64,000 nucleotides of DNA, from NCBI GenBank assembly GCA_037379345.1, contig CM074518.1, positions 10,292,001 to 10,356,000 of the forward strand, in the 5' to 3' direction. Made by a program: the position numbers and the translations under genes. Source of the DNA: Perna viridis (taxonomy: Eukaryota). This document shows, in pieces, positions 1-35,318 of the stretch. Numbering within the stretch: position 1 is the first letter of the stretch; every line of letters starts with the position of its first letter. Under the pieces are notes generated by a model that ran no database searches, was not told where the DNA came from, and saw only the letters and a list, made by a program, of their open reading frames with translations.

Positions 1-1509
1 TGCACAACAATATTTTGTCTGGAAATCTGTCAATATACCCTTATGTTATAGTCAATGTTTTCAATATTGAAAGTGCCAGTGAAAGTAGCTCAGTAGATAT
101 TTGAATATAAGTTTTATTTGAATACTACTTTGTAAAAGTACAGGAACTTCACTTGTCAAAATCTGGACACAATATAACACTATAACCAGTCAAAAATTAT
201 ATCTCATGTAAATGCACAGTATTCTGAAAGAAACAAACCCAGCAAGGATTTAAATTATTTAAAAACATGTAGGTCTATTGTATACATGTATATCTAGGCT
301 ATCATGAATGCATTTAACTCTGCATAATTTTTAGCCTGTATTGTGTTTAAATCTGTTGTCATTTTTTAGTTGGAAAAGTACATGTACACTGTAGGTTCTA
401 TTATTTACATGCTTATAGATAGTATTTTCAAAGTATCAAGTCTAGCATAAAAAAACTGAATTGTTTTTGATCATCAGAACCAAAGCTACCCATTAAAATT
501 TAACAATAATGACACTAGTGATGAAAGAGCTCAGTTTGGTTGTTGATTACCTTACATAGCCACAGTATTAATATATGATTGTAAAAGATGATACAGTGTA
601 TATTTGTTGTTAAAATAATCAGTCAGGTACTTGTACATGTAATATCTGACTGGGAATTGAAGAAACTTTGATACTGGTACATGTATTTAGTAACAGTATA
701 AGAAACTAATTGAAATATAAGTTTAAAATGTCAGGAAATACTTGATTCTTGATAGGATAATTACAGTTATAAAAATTAGTTGCCTGCTAAACTTCAGATT
801 GTTTTACATTGTCCTTGCCAAATTAAGCTCAAAAGGATACTTAGTACATGTACGAGAAGTAGGATTTTAGAGGCATGTGATGTGTTTAGTATTGGTGAAT
901 AGGCCAAAACTATAAGATTTTGTTCTAGTTGAAATATAGAACTTCTCAATTATTATGTAAAAGAATAAAAAAAAAGAACTCTATATGTACTCCCTGAATT
1001 AAAAAAAAACCCTTAAACTAGATGTAAATGTCAGAAACCTGACCCATGGATGTAAGGTCACCCACCAGGTTACACTTACATGTACCAGTATAATTATCTT
1101 TAATCAGTACAGGTATACTGGTATACACTTGAAGATTACACTAAAATGCTGTGGCTGCCTCTAAGTATAGTGGCAATGTGAAAAACACAGTTCAACTTGA
1201 ATTTCATTTTAGGAGAATTGCTTCATGTAGTTATGTATTAATTTTTTAAATTTTTTTCCCACTATTGGGGAGGTAGAACATAGAAATTTAAATTAATATG
1301 TATCCAAAGGGTAGTTCTACCACCAAAACACTATATTTATATAAGCTGTGCATTCAGGCAGAGATCTTACTAAGTATTTTGACTGATTGCTAGTTATGTG
1401 GCCTAAGGGTAGTGTCAGGATGATGCAGACATCTATTTTGAAAAGTCACACACATAATGATAAAAAATTAAAGTTATCTAGATGACTTTCACAACTAATT
1501 AAACCTTTT

Positions 1510-1566
1510 CCCTGGATTACATTCTTTTGATTACCGCAATAACCTTGGTTCCCTTAATTACTCTTT
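1510..1566 (+). repeat. Short 3'-terminal fragment of the same Penelope-like element
   Basis: cctggattacattcttttgattaccgcaataaccttggttcccttaattactctt matches ~4685-4739. Confidence 0.8.
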
Positions 1567-2116
1567 CGTTTTTTAAGTGGACAGGAAACTGAAGAGTAGT
1601 TTAATTTGAGTCACTAAAATGTCACACCATATAAACAGTTTGTTGTCAAACATTGGAGGTTATAAATAGTTAATGTGACTAACATAGTATAATAGGATAG
1701 TCCAGGCATTTAAATTTCATATCTCCTGTGTGTAATAAATTGAAAGGATATTGTTCATTGATCATGATTCAGAAAGAAATAAAGGTAAATAGTTATTTTG
1801 TAATTATAATGTCAGATTCACAAACGTATCCATGATGGGGCCAATGACCCTTTTAGAACATGGGATGCTTGGGCTCATTACCCTAACCTGTATTGATTGA
1901 TGTTGCTGGGGTCAGTTACTGTAACCAACTTAAAAATGTACCAATCAATTTTAAAACAACACATAATTAAATCTCTAGTACCTCCAAAACAGAATTGACA
2001 GTTGTTAATGTTGCTGTATTAAACTACATAAATATTTGTCATGGTTTATGTTAATTTGTAAATAATGTGAGAAAGGTAAAAAAAAATAATCTAGATATTA
2101 ATGAAAATTGTTTACA

Positions 2117-4740
2117 CAGACTAGGTACTGCAATACCTTAGGGATGTAATGACAACATCAAAAGTATAGGAAACCTTACAAGCCAATATAACAATAGCAT
2201 GAATGTGATGAATTTATTTGACAAAATTCCAAGACGGGAAAGGAGTCATGGCCATCGCCACTATACGTCACCTAAGTTACATGATGTCTCCATAGATGGT
2301 CTCCTTCCTTTCATACAAAAACCTCTTGGACTTCATCATATTAGAACCAAACTTTATTCTATACCTCTCACTCTACTACACTCCCTTTACAAAACAAGTC
2401 TTGACACTCCTGTTTCTGACCCCACCTCATCATTATACAGACTTGTTGCCATCATTTTGGATATTGGTTTCCACAGACTCTTTAAACCACTTTGTGTGAA
2501 AAGTCAAGATGAAGAAAAACGATCATTTCTTCCACTACCGTTTGTCAACAAAGGTATAGATGCAATTAATTTGGCTAACATCCTCCATCACAAAAACGTT
2601 ACCAACAAAATTCCCCCATATTTCAAAGACAAATCCATACCAATTATTTCATATTCCTATACTTCACCCATTGCATCCAAAATTTTCAATTATAAAAGGC
2701 TATTGCAGAACCTCGAGATTGAGGACTTCAAGGCTAAACCACCTGACTGTTCTTGCAAAAGTTCTCCATTCAAATATGGTCCTTCTGGTCGCGTCGTTAC
2801 AGGAGATCTAACCATTATCGAAAACGAATCTCTACGTAATATCCTTTCTAAAGGTCCCAAGTACCGTGAACCACGCTCCATAAATTGGAATTATAACTTT
2901 AAAGTTCTTATGGTTGCTGTCGAGGACTATGCAAGAAAATGGATAAAACGAGAACAAGAAGACATTGATTCTCTGTCAGAGTGGTTAAAGGCCGTGAGGT
3001 CTTTAATTTTGAAACGAATGAAAGTTTTAAGTAGGTCAATGAGTGCCAAGGCTACATCAGTTTTTGAAGACCCCGATGTAGCAAAAACATTGTCTACTAT
3101 ACATGACAAGTATGTTGTCGTACCAGCAGACAAAGCCCAAAACAACATTGTTTTTGTCTGCAAAACGTTTTATATCCAATGTTTATTATCAGAGGTAGAC
3201 GTAGGAAATAATAGCAGTGATAAGACCTATACTGCTACCACTCTCTCCAAAGAAGAGATTGTGGAAAACCATAAATCTGTGCTATCCTCTTTTGGTCTCT
3301 CTACCAAGGACGATGATTGTGATTTACCGTCTATGTACTGGATTCCTAAACTTCACAAGAATCCATACAAACAACGTTTCATAGCTGGATCTGCAAAATG
3401 TACCACCAAACCTCTTTCAAAACTTTTAACTTCTATACTCACAACTGTCAAAGAGGGTCTGCAGTCCTACCACAACACTTGTTACTCCCGTAGTGGTATT
3501 AATTCAATGTGGATCCTGAAAAATTGGAAAGATCTTTTGGAGACAATCAGTTCAAGACTATTATCTGAATATAATAGCATTAAAACCTATGATTTTTTAA
3601 CACTTTATACTTCTATTCCCCATACTCAGTTAAAATCCCGACTTAAAAACATTATACATCATTGTTTTTCCAAAAAAGATGGTACACCTAGATACAAATA
3701 TATAGTTCTTGGTAGAGATTCCTCATACTTTATAAGAAATAATTCCAAATCATCTTTCAAATATACAGAGGAAGATGTTTACAAAATGCTGGAATTTTTA
3801 ATCGACAACATATTTGTCCAGTGTGGTGGGCATGTTTTTCAACAAATGGTCGGCATTCCAATGGGAACAAATTGTGCTCCTTTACTTGCTGACCTATTCC
3901 TTCACTCTTATGAGGCTACTTTACAGCTGATCTGATCAGAAAGAAAGAATATCATTTGGCTTTATCCTTTAATCTCAGTTTCTGCTATATAGATGACATA
4001 TTATCTTTAAACAATCCTAATTTCGGGGATTTGATACATCGCATCTACCCAAGAGAACTTGAGATAAAGGATACTACAGACACTGTGAAGTCAGCCTCAT
4101 ATCTTGACCTACACTTAGAAATCGATGGTAAAGGAAAACTATTGACCAAACTTTACGACAAACGTGATGACTTTTCATTCAGAATTGTTAACTTTCCTTT
4201 CATCTGTGGCAACATCCCTTCGGCTCCTGCGGATGGAGTGTTCATATCACAACTCATACATTATGCCAGAGCTTGCCGAAACTACGCAGACTTTTTGTAT
4301 TGCGCTAGAACTCTAACAAATAGGCTTCTGGAACAGGGTTATGTTGCTACAAGATTGAAGTCATCACTACAGAAGTTTTATGGTCGTCATCATGAACTCG
4401 TGGATCGTTATGATGTATCCATCAGCACCATGAAAACTGATGTATTCAACGGGTCATAGTTTTCCTTTCCTCGTTTGTCTACCCCAGACTTGACTTTTTA
4501 TGATCAACTCGGCGGGTGTTTCTAGAAAAGCAGAGGACACTTACCCTACCGGTGCACCTGGTCCATGCTCCCAGCTTTTAGTGGAGTCCGAGTTGCTCAT
4601 TTACTTTTTTTACTTTGTATGTATGATTTTAGTTACTTTATGTTCTTTGTTGTATGTGTCTGTTTTCCATGTCTGGTCTTTGTCTCTGGATTATATTCTT
4701 TTGATTACCGCTATAACCTTGGTTCCCTTGATTACTCTTT
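2117..4740 (+). mobile_element. Penelope-like retroelement, Naiad-type (N-terminal GIY-YIG remnant, CxC linker, RT); 5'-truncated and frameshifted, with 3' terminal repeat
   Basis: In frame upstream of ORF 2199: LGTAIP*GCNDNI (end of a GIY-YIG endonuclease). Then PPDCSCK (CxC), VVPADKAQNN, YWIPKLHK, TYDFLTLYTSIPH, GIPMGTNCAPLLADLFL and, after a 1-nt deletion near 3917, YIDD, YLDL, LYDKRDDF. No endonuclease after the RT. Non-coding 3' end 4460-4740 recurs elsewhere in the window. Confidence 0.88.
2199..4459 (+). pseudogene. Frameshifted reverse transcriptase ORF of the Penelope-like element (ORFs 2199-3935 and 3956-4459 are one broken gene)
   Basis: Here GAGGCT-ACTTTA; the sister copy near 9735 reads GAGGCTGACTTTA. 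Restoring the G gives HSYEADFTADLIRKKEYHLALSFNLSFCYIDD and joins the two ORFs. Confidence 0.85.
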
Positions 4741-5815
4741 AATAATCTTGCAGTACAAAATAACATATTTTGTACTACATGTACACTGGTCTGAAAAAAT
4801 GAAGAAAACAAACTTTTGCATTTTATATCTCAGATTGATATTGTGACCATACTGATTTATAAGGCCATCTAAACAAGCCATGGCAGTGTCAATGTATACC
4901 ATGTTAGTAATGCTATTTGTTAAGTATGAAGAATGATGTTTGTCCATTTAAGCTCATAATGATGTTGGTCTTTTCTGGGTCTGCTGAACATTCAGAACTA
5001 GGGTGTTTTTCTTAGATGTGTTTCATTTATATTTTTTAACTTCTTGAACTATTCAAAGGTAATAAAATTACTTGTTTTTTTCCACTTTCAGTAGCCTCAT
5101 ATTCTTATGAGTTTCTAATCCTATAGATCGTGGGGGCATTTTTTTCTAGTAACAATTTTTGTAATCTGTAACCAATTTTGGTAAATTGTGGAACTTTAAA
5201 TTCATGGTTTTCATTAGAGCACCAATTAGCATCTATGTTATCATTGAACAGTGTACACTTTGTTTTGGAATATAAATTTGTGGTTAAATTTAAACATAAA
5301 AATTGGTACCCACAAAGTTTCAGTATACTGTACAATGAAGATATACATGATAGAGGTACATTGATAATTCAACTTAGCTGTATCTTTTTGACTGAAGGTT
5401 CCAAAATGGTGTGGTAAAGTGGTACAAGACAATTTTGTGTGTATGCTTCCAGCAAAATATCTATTATATTGAATATACAATGTGTTAATTTAAAGTTGAA
5501 AAAAATTACTGGTATCTGCACACATAGTTAATTTATCGCTTACAATTATGATGTTTTGTTATCAGCTTATTTCAAAAGTCTAGATACATGTATTACATGT
5601 ATGCATTTCAATTAGTAATGTAATTATATACAAGTATCTGTGGTACTTAACTGTAGGGGTTGAAAACAATTAAAACTAATGGTATGTTTCCATTGATGAC
5701 TTTTTGCTAATTCCGTTGAGTGTTTCCGTTTTTTTTTTCTAATTTTGATGATGTGTATTTGGCATGACTATTCTGCATGATTTGACATTTATGTTGATAT
5801 TTAATGTTTTTACAG

Positions 5816-29745
<23,930 letters not shown>

Positions 29746-31190
29746 ATAATGCCATTAATGACTATTTACGTTTAATATACTACACATACTGCTCATGATA
29801 AACCAGTGGGAGAATTGGTTTTATTAGTGGTTATTGTTAGCATGATATATGATCAACATCAGCTGTTATGAGTTCTGGTATTCTCAAGATATAATTAACA
29901 ATTTGAATAGAACTAGATGCAATATACATCATCATTCTATTAAAAAGATAATTCAAGATCAAAACTGATACATGTAGCGAACTTATTTTTTCTTGATTTT
30001 CAGCTGAAAATTTAGTAGGTTTTACGAAGGAGGTAGTTTGGAAACATTTTTGAGTTAACTTTTGAAATTTGCAATTTCACAGTCTATAAAATTACCCATG
30101 TCATTTGGTAAATGAACTAGTTGTCTTTTCATAATCATTTATAAATTTGACATTTGATTTACTTTTTGTAGTACCTTTAAACGTCAAACATTTTTTTCAT
30201 GTTAGTTTTGATTTAACATGTTTAAAGTTTTGAGAAAATATTTTGACTTCGATAAAAAGCTTGCATTACAGACTAATATATTAATTTTGCTTTCATCTGG
30301 TCTTAATTCAGCTTCTTGAATTAGTTCACAGTGAATAATGGAAAACCTTCAATGAATTTGTCTAAAATAGATGGAGAATATTTATTATTCATTTTAATTG
30401 TAAATACCCATTTTTATAAATGCACAGTTTTTCAAAAACATAAAGGTAAAGCAATGTTAAAAAATGTATACATCTGCCATGCTGAAGGGAGACCAGTCCT
30501 CGTGAATTTGTCTATTTGGCATTAAATTGAATACCGCTATTTATTAGAGAATACTTCTGCCCATGGTTGTCTTTTCTAGGATTTCCTACAATCATACCTA
30601 CTTCCTAAACTAATGAGCATTTCTATTACCACTGAATGGGATCCATATTGTCATGAGTCCTAATGATTGAGATCTGACTGTAGTGCCAAAAACTTGAAAA
30701 ATAGTAAACATTTTCTTAATAAATTTAAAGTCCCTGGATTTCAAAGCATCCTAAACAAATAAGATTTTGTTCAGACTTGAGTAGATTGCTTAGTTTTGTG
30801 GCACAGGGATCAGGTGAATATATGTTTTAACACAATACACAATAGCAAGACACATGATTGTTTGAAAGTGTATTGTTATTAAACCATCGTCATCCTCTGT
30901 AAAATCATTTGTGTAAATTCATAATTTCTCAGGTCAAAACTATTTGTAAATGAAATCTTTTTGAGAATACGACATTTTTTATCATGTTCCCAAAGTTTTA
31001 TATTTACAAGATTGTGTGTTTAAATTAGATATATACTTGTTACTATACTGTCAGAGAGATTGTTTTATGCAAGTTGTGCCTTTCATCAAATATTCCATGT
31101 TTTCATTTTATTCTTCTCCCTCCAGTTACCGGTAATATTTTTCAGCCATAACCAATCAATTCTTGTTATTTTAACTTCAGCATTGGGTCC

Positions 31191-31470
31191 TACACAGGCA
31201 AATGTGCCACACATGAGAATGATATAGTTTGCATCATATGATTATCATATAAATCGAGCACCATATGATAATCATGTTTCAGTATACATATGATTATCAT
31301 ATGATAATCATATATTTTTCACAGACATATGATTGTCATATGTTTTTAAGCCAAAATTACCATATGAGAATCATGTGACTGTCATATGTTCAATATCATA
31401 TAATTGTCATATGATTACCATATGAATCGAGCACCATATGATTATCATATGTGACACATCTGGCTGTGTA
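31191..31470. mobile_element. Fold-back MITE with CATATGAT internal repeats
   Basis: tacacaggcaaatgtgccacacatga versus reverse complement of right end tacacagccagatgtgtcacatatga; TA at both ends; interior built from catatgattatcatatg palindromes. Confidence 0.75.
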
Positions 31471-34400
31471 GACTATGCCTTAAAACCATTTCCTTGTTTC
31501 ATGAATATTACTACGGTGTAACCCTTAAAATATAGTGCAGCTTACATACCTACTATAAGCTAGTGTTTAGTTTTTCTATTGTAAGGAAACATACACATGA
31601 GACTTAATAAAAGTCCATAATTTAGACTACTGAGACTTGGGATGCATTCTATTTTACTGTTTGTACCTATTGAACTACAGATTTGTGTTCTATTATTGGT
31701 TCATGCAAAGTGGTTGGTCTCACAATGAATCAGATGAACAGAAGGTAGAATTAGAGAACGTGGGAAAAAATATTTGGTGTCATTTCTGCTGCTGTAATCT
31801 TAAATTGGTTAATAGTCCATCTTATATTAGCCTGAAATGTTCATTTTATTTATAACCCTTGTTTAATTAACCAAATGATAAGAAATATTTGTACCTACCT
31901 AATAGTGATGGTTCATCTCAATGCTATAATTATTATACCTGAACCTCTACATGTTTTCTCTGGTTTTGTTATTTTGACACCTTTTTATTTGAGAAGCAGG
32001 TACAAGAGAGAAAAACTGATAATCATACTAGTCCTATTTATTTTATCTATTGCTATATATTATTGTATAATTAACATACAGCTATGAGGGTGATAGAGCA
32101 GTTTGTTACCAACTGGAGGCGAAGGTGACAATGTAATTCAGGGGTTAACAGACTGCTGTATCCCCGTCTTAGCTATATGCTATTTACTTCATTATACTGC
32201 ATGTTCCATTTTCTGGAGAGGGTATTAGATAAAAGAACTATCACCCTCTGAGACATGTGATAGAGCAGAATATTGCCCTCGTATTTAACCAATCAAAATA
32301 CAGAAAATTGACATGAAGTATAATGAAGTGCTTTATTAATCTTTAGCATTAGTAAGATTAAACTAATTTGAGGAAGGTTTGATGGTGGATATTATTTTAA
32401 TGGATGATGCAAGTTAACTATGTTTTATCTTATATGTAGTAACTGGTTAGATAAATTAACAAGAGTTCCTTGTGATAATATAGTTATTTCAAAAAGGTAA
32501 ACATGACATTGAAGTAAGAGGGTAATTAAAAATGTATAGATATTTTTATCTCCTTGATTTGTTTAAACTAAGATAAAACCATAGCTCCATTCCATTGTTT
32601 GGTGAGAGTTATTTCCCCTGTGTATTTGTATGTGATAGTGTTTGGATGAAATTTCGTTTGTTTCTGAAGGTATTTGTTGTGATTTTTTTTCTTCTTTTTT
32701 CTAACAATAAAGTAGTGCTTATTAAATTATGACATAACAACATGAAGCACTGATGTGATATTTTACCAGGGCATTTAAGTTGTTATAAAAATTTTATTTA
32801 ATGTACTTTTTGTTCCAAATGTATTTGTTTATACAGTTGTATAAGTATTACTTTTATACTGAATATTTTTTTGGAAAAAATATGGAACAAATCGATTTTA
32901 CTGCATTTTATGCCGGAGTATAGTATTGGTTAAAACAAGGATGCAATTATTCACTATTGATAATTATCGTCTTGCTTTCAACAACATTAATGTGGGCAAC
33001 AGTCTTATCCTATTTGTCATATGTTGTCAATTTCTTTTTGAAATAGGATGCTAATTGCGCAAACACATAATTAAAAAATGAATTACCGTGCATTTGTTGT
33101 TAAGTGAGAAGTGTGTAATTGACAAATTTTATGAAGACTACTAAAAAAATTAGTTTTGACTCTTTTGATAACCAATGATTAAATACCCTTTCCACTTTTG
33201 TATAGCAGACTATAGTCTTAGTGTTTCTTTTTTATTTAGTACCCTTAGATACCTTATGAAAATGGACTGATATTTATTTTTTTCTTACCATAGTTTATAT
33301 GGTATAAATATCTGAAGCCTGACCTTTGTCCTTTTTTTACCCCTGGTAGTTGTGGGGAAATTCATTCTTGACCTATGTATTATGATACTGTCATCTATTT
33401 GTAGTTGTAAAATTGTTTTCTGTTATCATCTGTTGTGCTATGAATACATTATTCAAAGTATTTTATTAAATTCTTTCATAAAAAATAAAAATGATTACCC
33501 ATTAGACTTGAGTATTCATTGATTGCATAGAAATAAATAAAATTTTCTGAATAGATGGGGGGGTTAAGTTAATGGTCTTGAAATTAAACCTGGAGATTTA
33601 GTAGTTAAAAGAATTTTAGAAACTCTGATTGCATGTATATCCTTCAAATCAACACGTGTTATTTATTCAAATATATTAAGGCAATTTATTTCTTCGTTTG
33701 AAATTCAAGATATTTTACAATAATCTTTTACTCTGAAAAGTATTTTAAAAATTACTGACCTTGCTTAATGGCCTCATCCTACATTTTAGCCAACTTGTGA
33801 TGTTTAAAAAAAAATATTAAATACATTAACACATGCTGTAGAAATGAAAGAAATTCTTACGTTGAATACATGCATAACATCAGACTAAGAATCTAAATTG
33901 TACTTACTAGTAGCTACAACACCAGAGAAACATATCCATAGCTTATCTGTAGCACTTTTGAAGTATGTAACAGTGTATGGCAACATGTCAATAGTGTTTT
34001 ACTAGCATACTGGATGTATACCAAGCGCACACACACAGCATCTGTTTAATATGCATGTATAGCCTGCCAGAATGCATTTTGAGGATCTGATGAACCACCA
34101 TACCAAGTTTATTATTAAAGTAGATATTGATAAACATGTCACCTAAAGGTCATGCAGACTTGATTGATATGCTTTTTGTTAGTAACAAGGGCACCAAGTC
34201 ATTTTTTATATATTAAAAACACATTTAGTAGGTTTTCAAGTCATCAGCCCAACATTGAGGACATTTATATGCATTCTGGAATGTTCTATAATATAGTTAA
34301 TGAGCATTGCCTTATCAAACACATTTCAACATGTAAGAAATTACTATATAGTGCATATGAGTGTGTGAATAACATATCTATGGCTTTTGTCTGATGCGTT

Positions 34401-35318
34401 TCTAACTTAAAAACACCATGTTGACACATATTGGAAAAATTTGAATATGTTCAAAATTTTGCAGTGCACTAGACATATAACAATGTATGCCAATGTCTGT
34501 CAATATGTTTGTAGCTTGTTAAGAATGTGTTCTTAACTAAGACATAACACACAAGCGTGTTAGAAAACATCACATGATCACACATGTTGTGTTATAGTGT
34601 GAGAGGACACACGTTGTCACTGTGTTATAGTATGAGAGGACTTAAGTGGTGTTGTTTTGAAATACTGTTTGATTTTCCTATAAATATCAGCTGCTGTAGT
34701 TAAAACAAGAACATAAGTGAGGGTTTCAGCTCCTTTTATGGATTATATTTCAACTAGAAGCAACTGAAAAAAATACAAAGTAACCCCAGCATGTGCATTA
34801 AAAAGACCTTTTGTAGGAAGACATAAAAGCAAGGATACCATGATTAGAATAAGGAACATAATCTGGGGTCAAAAACAAGAACAGACAAAACAGACATAAC
34901 ACAATAACACACAATAAGTACTGAATAAATAGGCAACCCTAACTTCAATAACAACTGGGAGTATGGTAGGGTCCTTCTGGTAACATCCAATGAGTTGCTT
35001 ATATGATGTCGAATCTGAGAAGAAATGAGAGAGAGGAATTACAACATTTATAACAAATCTGTTCTCATGGTGAAGACAGCCACAATATTAGATCAACAAT
35101 TTTAAGATGTTGACTGCAAAAATTTTGAAGTGATAATTATAGAACAGTTGACTTTGGGACAGTTTTGATTGGAATTACTGACCTTTGACTGTCAAAAATA
35201 GATGACACAGCTTCTTGCAAACCAAAGTCTTGTAAAATATAGGAAATGTGAATAAATGTTTTAGGCAGGTGTATCACAAACCATTCTCAAAAAAAGAAAA
35301 GATTTAGATAGCATCAAT

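Noticed and set aside
3920-3960. TGA ending ORF 2199-3935 as selenocysteine or programmed frameshift (some clam Naiads encode selenoproteins)
   Set aside because: The sister copy near 9735 has the missing G, so this is a simple 1-nt deletion; the restored frame has no in-frame TGA.
4500-4846. Hydrophobic ORFs 4500, 4565, 9955, 38501, 42092 as a small membrane protein family
   Set aside because: All are translations of the T-rich terminal repeat; frames are not conserved among copies.
29746-35318. Overlapping 3' UTRs of the convergent sorting nexin and DIABLO genes
   Set aside because: AATAAA occurs often on both strands in AT-rich DNA, so transcript ends cannot be placed from sequence alone.
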